A stretch of 64,000 bases of DNA from Acidobacteriota bacterium (GTDB lineage: Bacteria > Acidobacteriota > Vicinamibacteria > Vicinamibacterales > UBA2999). The DNA lies in NCBI GenBank assembly GCA_052389315.1, contig JBQTIE010000017.1, forward strand, positions 60,948 through 124,947. The letters run 5' to 3'. Numbering within the stretch: position 1 is the stretch's first letter; each line of letters begins with the position of its first letter. This document shows, piece by piece, positions 60,384 through 64,000 of the stretch. Position numbers and translations under genes: made by a program. The notes beneath the pieces were generated by a model, which was not told where the DNA came from, did not search any database, and was given only the letters and a program-made list of their open reading frames with translations.

Positions 60384-60972
60384 AACCGGCGTCGCCGACG
60401 ATGGCGGCGAGCGCGCTGGGAGGGTGCAGGTAGGTGCGAAACGGATTGCCCGACAGGTATCGCGTCAGATTCTCCAGCGCGAGGCCGGCACCGACGGTCC
60501 ATCGCGCGCGTGGATAGGAAAGCGCCACGCACCGGCGGGCGAGCCTCACGGCCGCGCGGAGGAGTGGCTCATAGCCCGCATAGCAGCACACGACGCGATC
60601 GAGCGTGACAACGGCGGCAGGGGAGAGACGGCCCGCCACGTCCACGAAGTCGCCCTCGATCCACGTCACGGCGTCCGGAAGGCCGCGGCGCGCGGCCTCC
60701 TCGCGGCCGGCCGCGACATAGGACCGCGACGCATCGACTGCGACGGCGCGGCTCAGTCCTGCCTGAAGCAACTCGAACGACAGCACGCCGACGCCGGCGC
60801 CCACGTCCAGAAGATCGCCGGACGTCACACCTGCGCGCACGATGCCGTCTCGTAATCGGCGCGTCGTGTCGCCCGGGCCGTTGGTCCGATAACTGCGCAA
60901 CTCCTTGGCGGCTCTTTTCGCACTGAACTGCCGGCCTGCACAGCTTTCGAATCCGCAACACGCGCCAGTCAT
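60319..60972 (-). CDS. Class I SAM-dependent methyltransferase with Cys-rich N-terminus
   Basis: MTGACCGFESC; LLDVGAGVG; VDAS; GDFV; DRVVCCY. Confidence 0.85.
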   Translation of the reverse strand: MTGACCGFESCAGRQFSAKRAAKELRSYRTNGPGDTTRRLRDGIVRAGVTSGDLLDVGAGVGVLSFELLQAGLSRAVAVDASRSYVAAGREEAARRGLPDAVTWIEGDFVDVAGRLSPAAVVTLDRVVCCYAGYEPLLRAAVRLARRCVALSYPRARWTVGAGLALENLTRYLSGNPFRTYLHPPSALAAIVGDAGFTLASRSQTWTWAVDVYVKAA

Positions 60973-61076
60973 AAGGAGGGGTTCAGAGGCTCTTGCCCGC
61001 CAACCTCAACCCGGCCTGCCTTCGCTCCACGCCCGCACGAGCTTTGCTCAGGGCCCCGCCTCAACTCTCCTGCGAT

Positions 61077-61859
61077 TCACGGCCTTGTGGCGATCAGGTT
61101 CACCCCGACGACGCCGTACCGGCGGGCCGTCCGCTCCTTCGATGTGCCACCAAACGGGTCGAAGCGATGCGTCAGCGCGACGTTGACGAACCCCACGTGC
61201 TCGAACGCCGGGACCATCTCTGCCTCCAGCAGAGCGCCGGCGATTCAACCCGTCCAGAGGTCGATGTCTGCGCGTGCGTCTTCGGACAGCTCGACGCCCA
61301 GTACGATATCCGCGATCTGCAGTCGGCCGCCGGGGCGGACGATGCGGAAAAGCTCGTCGAGCACGGCGTGCTTGTCGGGCACGAGGTTGACGACGCCGTT
61401 CGAGATGACGACGTCCACCTCCTGGTCTTCGACCGGCAGCGCGGTGGCGTCCGAGCGATGAAGGGCGACGTTCCGCAGGCCGGCTTCGGCGGCCCCGTCA
61501 CGCGCACGAGCGATCATCGCGTCGGTCATGTCGATGCCGATGGCGCGACCGCTGGCGCCGACTCGCCGGGCAGCGATCAGCAGGTCGGTTCCCGCTCCGG
61601 AACCCAGGTCCAACACCGTCGCGCCTTCCTCAACCCTCCGTACCAGGTGAGGGTTGCCGATGCCGGCAAACGAGGCAGTCACTGAATCTGGCAACGCGGC
61701 CAGCTCGGCAGGATCGTAGCCAAGCCGTTCGGCGGCGTACGCCGGGCCGCGATGAAAATGAAACGTCCCGCCAGGGTCTGAGGCAACCCGGGTGTACATC
61801 GCGTGCACGTCGGCGCGAAGGCGTTGAGTGTCGAGATCGACGGGGCAGATGAGCGCCAT
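61077..61859 (-). CDS. ArsM-like SAM-dependent methyltransferase, probable selenoprotein (TGA at 61245-61247 = Sec)
   Basis: VLDLGSGAG, GIDMT, DVVISNGVVNL, LWTG-TGA-IAGALLE; frame stays open for 55 more codons to TGA at 61077-61079; SECIS-like hairpin follows. Confidence 0.85.
61206..61242 (-). promoter_or_regulatory. Bacterial SECIS-like hairpin
   Basis: After UGA-AU: CGCCGG CG CUCUGCU-GGA-GGCAGAG AUGGUC CCGGCG; the G-starting apical loop begins after 17 nt from UGA. Confidence 0.75.
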
Positions 61860-61865
61860 AGGCGG

Positions 61866-61895
61866 ACGTTACGGCCGACCGAATTGATTCGTCAA
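61866..61895 (-). promoter_or_regulatory. Sigma70-type promoter, leaderless start for the Sec methyltransferase
   Basis: TTGACG-18 nt-TAACGT-6 nt-ATG; no SD. Confidence 0.6.
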
Positions 61896-61905
61896 GCCCC
61901 AGGCC

Positions 61906-62952
61906 CTACGGCAGATGTCGTGTGGCTTGGCGGGCGACTGCACCAGGGCGCACGGTTGCGGCCAGAAGCCCCGCCATCGCCAGCGCGACCATGCCCCAGA
62001 TCACCGGCACGGTCGCCGGCAACCGAACGACCCGACGCGGCTCGTCGCGGAGGGCGAACGGCAGCCGCCTCAGCGGTTTCCATGAGCCGAACGAGACGAT
62101 CTTCACGAAGGCCGTGGTCCACGCCGCCGGGTGCGCGAGCCACCGCCGCGACAGCCGTTCTGTCCAGATGACCTGTTCGGTCATGAGCAGATCGTGCCCG
62201 AAGACCAGCCACCGCCAGCAGAACTGCGAGAAGCCTCTGGACGGCAACCCGTGCAGTGCACGCGCGCGAGGCTGACACCACGCAGGGTAGCCCGCGCGCA
62301 GCAGCAGCTCATGGTGCCAGGTGCCGTGTCCTCGGCGTACGGTCATGCCGTCGGGCAAGGGATAACGTTGCAGGATCGCACGCCGAAAGGCGACGGCGTT
62401 GAACAGGTAGCCGCCGCTGCGGTAGAGCGTCCGCCTGTTCGAAAACGGCGGCATGCACCAGGTCAACAGAGTCGCGAGCCCATACAATCCGTTGCCCTCC
62501 ACCGTCGTTTCGCCGGAGACCACGCCGATCTCCGGGCGCTCCATGAAAGGTGTTGTCATCAGTCGGAGCCAGTCGTGACCGTAGCGACAGTCCGAGTCCA
62601 TGAAGAACACCAGCTCTCCGGTGGCTCGCCGGGCTCCCTCCGCCTTCGCGTCGTCATAACTGGACGCGCCGTCGAGCTGTTCGACACGAACCCACGGATA
62701 CGTCTGTCGCAGCGGCTCGACGAGCTCCGCGGGCACGTCTCCGCTGTTGAGCACGATGACTTCCTCGGCCCACTCCAGCGGCACGTCCTGCTGCCTGAGA
62801 TCTCCGAGTGCCTCGAGGATCGCTTCGGGGCCGGCCGCCGCAAGGTTCTCTGTTTCCAAGACGATGGAGAACGTGGGCCAGTCGGCGGGCCGGGCGCGCG
62901 CGTCTGCGCGCTCAGCGACGATGGTGGCTTCGTGCGGAACGGTTACGGTCAT
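61906..62952 (-). CDS. Glycosyltransferase family 2
   Basis: FSIVL, GARRATGELVFFMDSDC, C-terminal hydrophobic helices. Confidence 0.85.
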   Translation of the reverse strand: MTVTVPHEATIVAERADARARPADWPTFSIVLETENLAAAGPEAILEALGDLRQQDVPLEWAEEVIVLNSGDVPAELVEPLRQTYPWVRVEQLDGASSYDDAKAEGARRATGELVFFMDSDCRYGHDWLRLMTTPFMERPEIGVVSGETTVEGNGLYGLATLLTWCMPPFSNRRTLYRSGGYLFNAVAFRRAILQRYPLPDGMTVRRGHGTWHHELLLRAGYPAWCQPRARALHGLPSRGFSQFCWRWLVFGHDLLMTEQVIWTERLSRRWLAHPAAWTTAFVKIVSFGSWKPLRRLPFALRDEPRRVVRLPATVPVIWGMVALAMAGLLAATVRPGAVARQATRHLP

Positions 62953-63830
62953 GATTCGTCTCCGGGGGGTCGAAGCGGATGACGCCGCACGAGGCCCCAC
63001 AGGAATCCCGCGGCCTGGCACTGCTCGCCCAGCCAGAACCACCATCGGTGTGCGGAACGTGAGAAGCGGCCCGAGGCGACCCCAGCAGTCAGCTTGGACC
63101 ACACCGCGCGCGCCCAGTGTGGCTGGTGGCGCTGGCCGTGGCTTCCCCACAAGAGGCTCGAATGGATGGGGGGAGCATCAGGATCGATTCCCTGCAGCCG
63201 AAACAGCATCGCGATGCCGACTCCGCGCCTGAACTGCATGCGGATGAAGGAGGAGCCCGTGACGCGTCTGCGATGCAGCACGGAGACGGGCGTGAACGCT
63301 GCGATGGCGCCGCGCCGGCGGAGGCGCCATGCGAGCTCCCAGTCCTGTGAGACATGGAACGCCTCATTGAAGACGTAGCCATCCTCCGCGGCGCAGCGTT
63401 CGAGCCACTCACGCCGGTAGAGGACGCTGCCGCCCGACCCCACGAAACCGGTCGTGTCAATGGCGTCCTCGATGGGGTACCTACGCAGGCGGCGCAGGTC
63501 CTGCAGCAGGGGGTCTTCTTCGGTGAACATCCCGCCGGCGGTCGCCGCATTGAACCGCTTCAGAGCCAGGACGAGACGTTCGAGCCAGTCTGGCGGTGGC
63601 AGACAATCGTCATCGGTGAAGGCGATCAGGTCGCCGTGCGAGCGGCGGATGCCCTCGTTGCGTGCCCACGCGGACCCTCGCCGGTGTTCGTCGTGGACGA
63701 CGATGATCTCGTCTGGGCGGCGGGTCTGGCGTGCGAGTGCTGCCAGGCACGCCTGGAGCTGCGGGCGTCCGATGGTGGGCACGACAACCGAGATTCGAGA
63801 TTTCCACAAAGGGGTCGGGTCTAATTTCAT
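62949..63830 (-). CDS. Glycosyltransferase family 2
   Basis: ISVVVPT, ARNEGI, IAFTDDDC, QDWELAWR; the nearest ATG (63830) lies inside the repeat element. Confidence 0.88.
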   Translation of the reverse strand: MKLDPTPLWKSRISVVVPTIGRPQLQACLAALARQTRRPDEIIVVHDEHRRGSAWARNEGIRRSHGDLIAFTDDDCLPPPDWLERLVLALKRFNAATAGGMFTEEDPLLQDLRRLRRYPIEDAIDTTGFVGSGGSVLYRREWLERCAAEDGYVFNEAFHVSQDWELAWRLRRRGAIAAFTPVSVLHRRRVTGSSFIRMQFRRGVGIAMLFRLQGIDPDAPPIHSSLLWGSHGQRHQPHWARAVWSKLTAGVASGRFSRSAHRWWFWLGEQCQAAGFLWGLVRRHPLRPPGDES

Positions 63831-63911
63831 TTTCTGCAGCGCCGGTTGGTCGTCGTACGCACAAACAGCAAGGAATTTTCGTGTTCCGTAATGAAGCCCG
63901 GCCCCTTTTTT
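63801..63911. repeat. Dispersed repeat copy 3, as an inverted pair (REPIN/MITE-like)
   Basis: TTTCCACAAAGGGGTCGGGTCT on the left; AAGCCCGGCCCCTTTTTT on the right (reverse complement AAAAAAGGGGCCGGGCTT). Confidence 0.75.
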
Positions 63912-63916
63912 CGTGT

Positions 63917-64000
63917 TCAGTAATTCCACCAGGGCGTCGTCATGCCCTCGGGCTTCTGGCGCATCACATGCACGGCCATCTGTCGGAGGCGCTCGGCGGT
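63917..64000 (-). CDS. C-terminal end of an upstream gene (partial)
   Basis: Open frame ...TAERLRQMAVHVMRQKPEGMTTPWWNY-stop; function not assignable. Confidence 0.45.
   Translation of the reverse strand, partial: TAERLRQMAVHVMRQKPEGMTTPWWNY

Overview
High-GC bacterial chromosomal window. Gene content (Ser/Thr kinase-TolB fusion, tandem VWA protein, many signal-peptide-bearing cupins and enzymes) suggests Acidobacteriota, probably Vicinamibacteria; this is an inference. From left to right it carries: a partial DinB-family gene; an AAA ATPase; exported aldolase-like and methyltransferase genes; a frameshifted RCK-type K+ channel; an MFS/spermidine-synthase fusion; a complete Tad/Flp (type IVc) pilus locus with two pilins, two small ORFs absent from the ORF track, an extra AAA ATPase and DUF192; a divergent VWA / prenyltransferase-barrel / DUF362 operon; a kinase; a dipeptidase - [IS1 remnant + Dam methylase + small PD-(D/E)XK nuclease] - thiol dioxygenase - peptide ABC cluster; amidase, permease, two PLP class V enzymes and malate synthase; an alternative complex III/Qrc-like respiratory operon; a run of exported cupin/SnoaL/NIPSNAP/M28 proteins; and two glycosyltransferases with two methyltransferases. 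The strongest hidden signal is an ArsM-like methyltransferase whose in-frame TGA sits at a conserved Cys position and is followed by a SECIS-like hairpin, i.e. a likely selenoprotein (61077-61859). Also notable are a dispersed TTTTCCACAAAGGGG(T/C)CGGG repeat family, a related palindrome inside a coding region, and many apparently leaderless genes. No rRNA, tRNA or CRISPR array was seen. All calls come from motif recognition by eye; no database searches were run.
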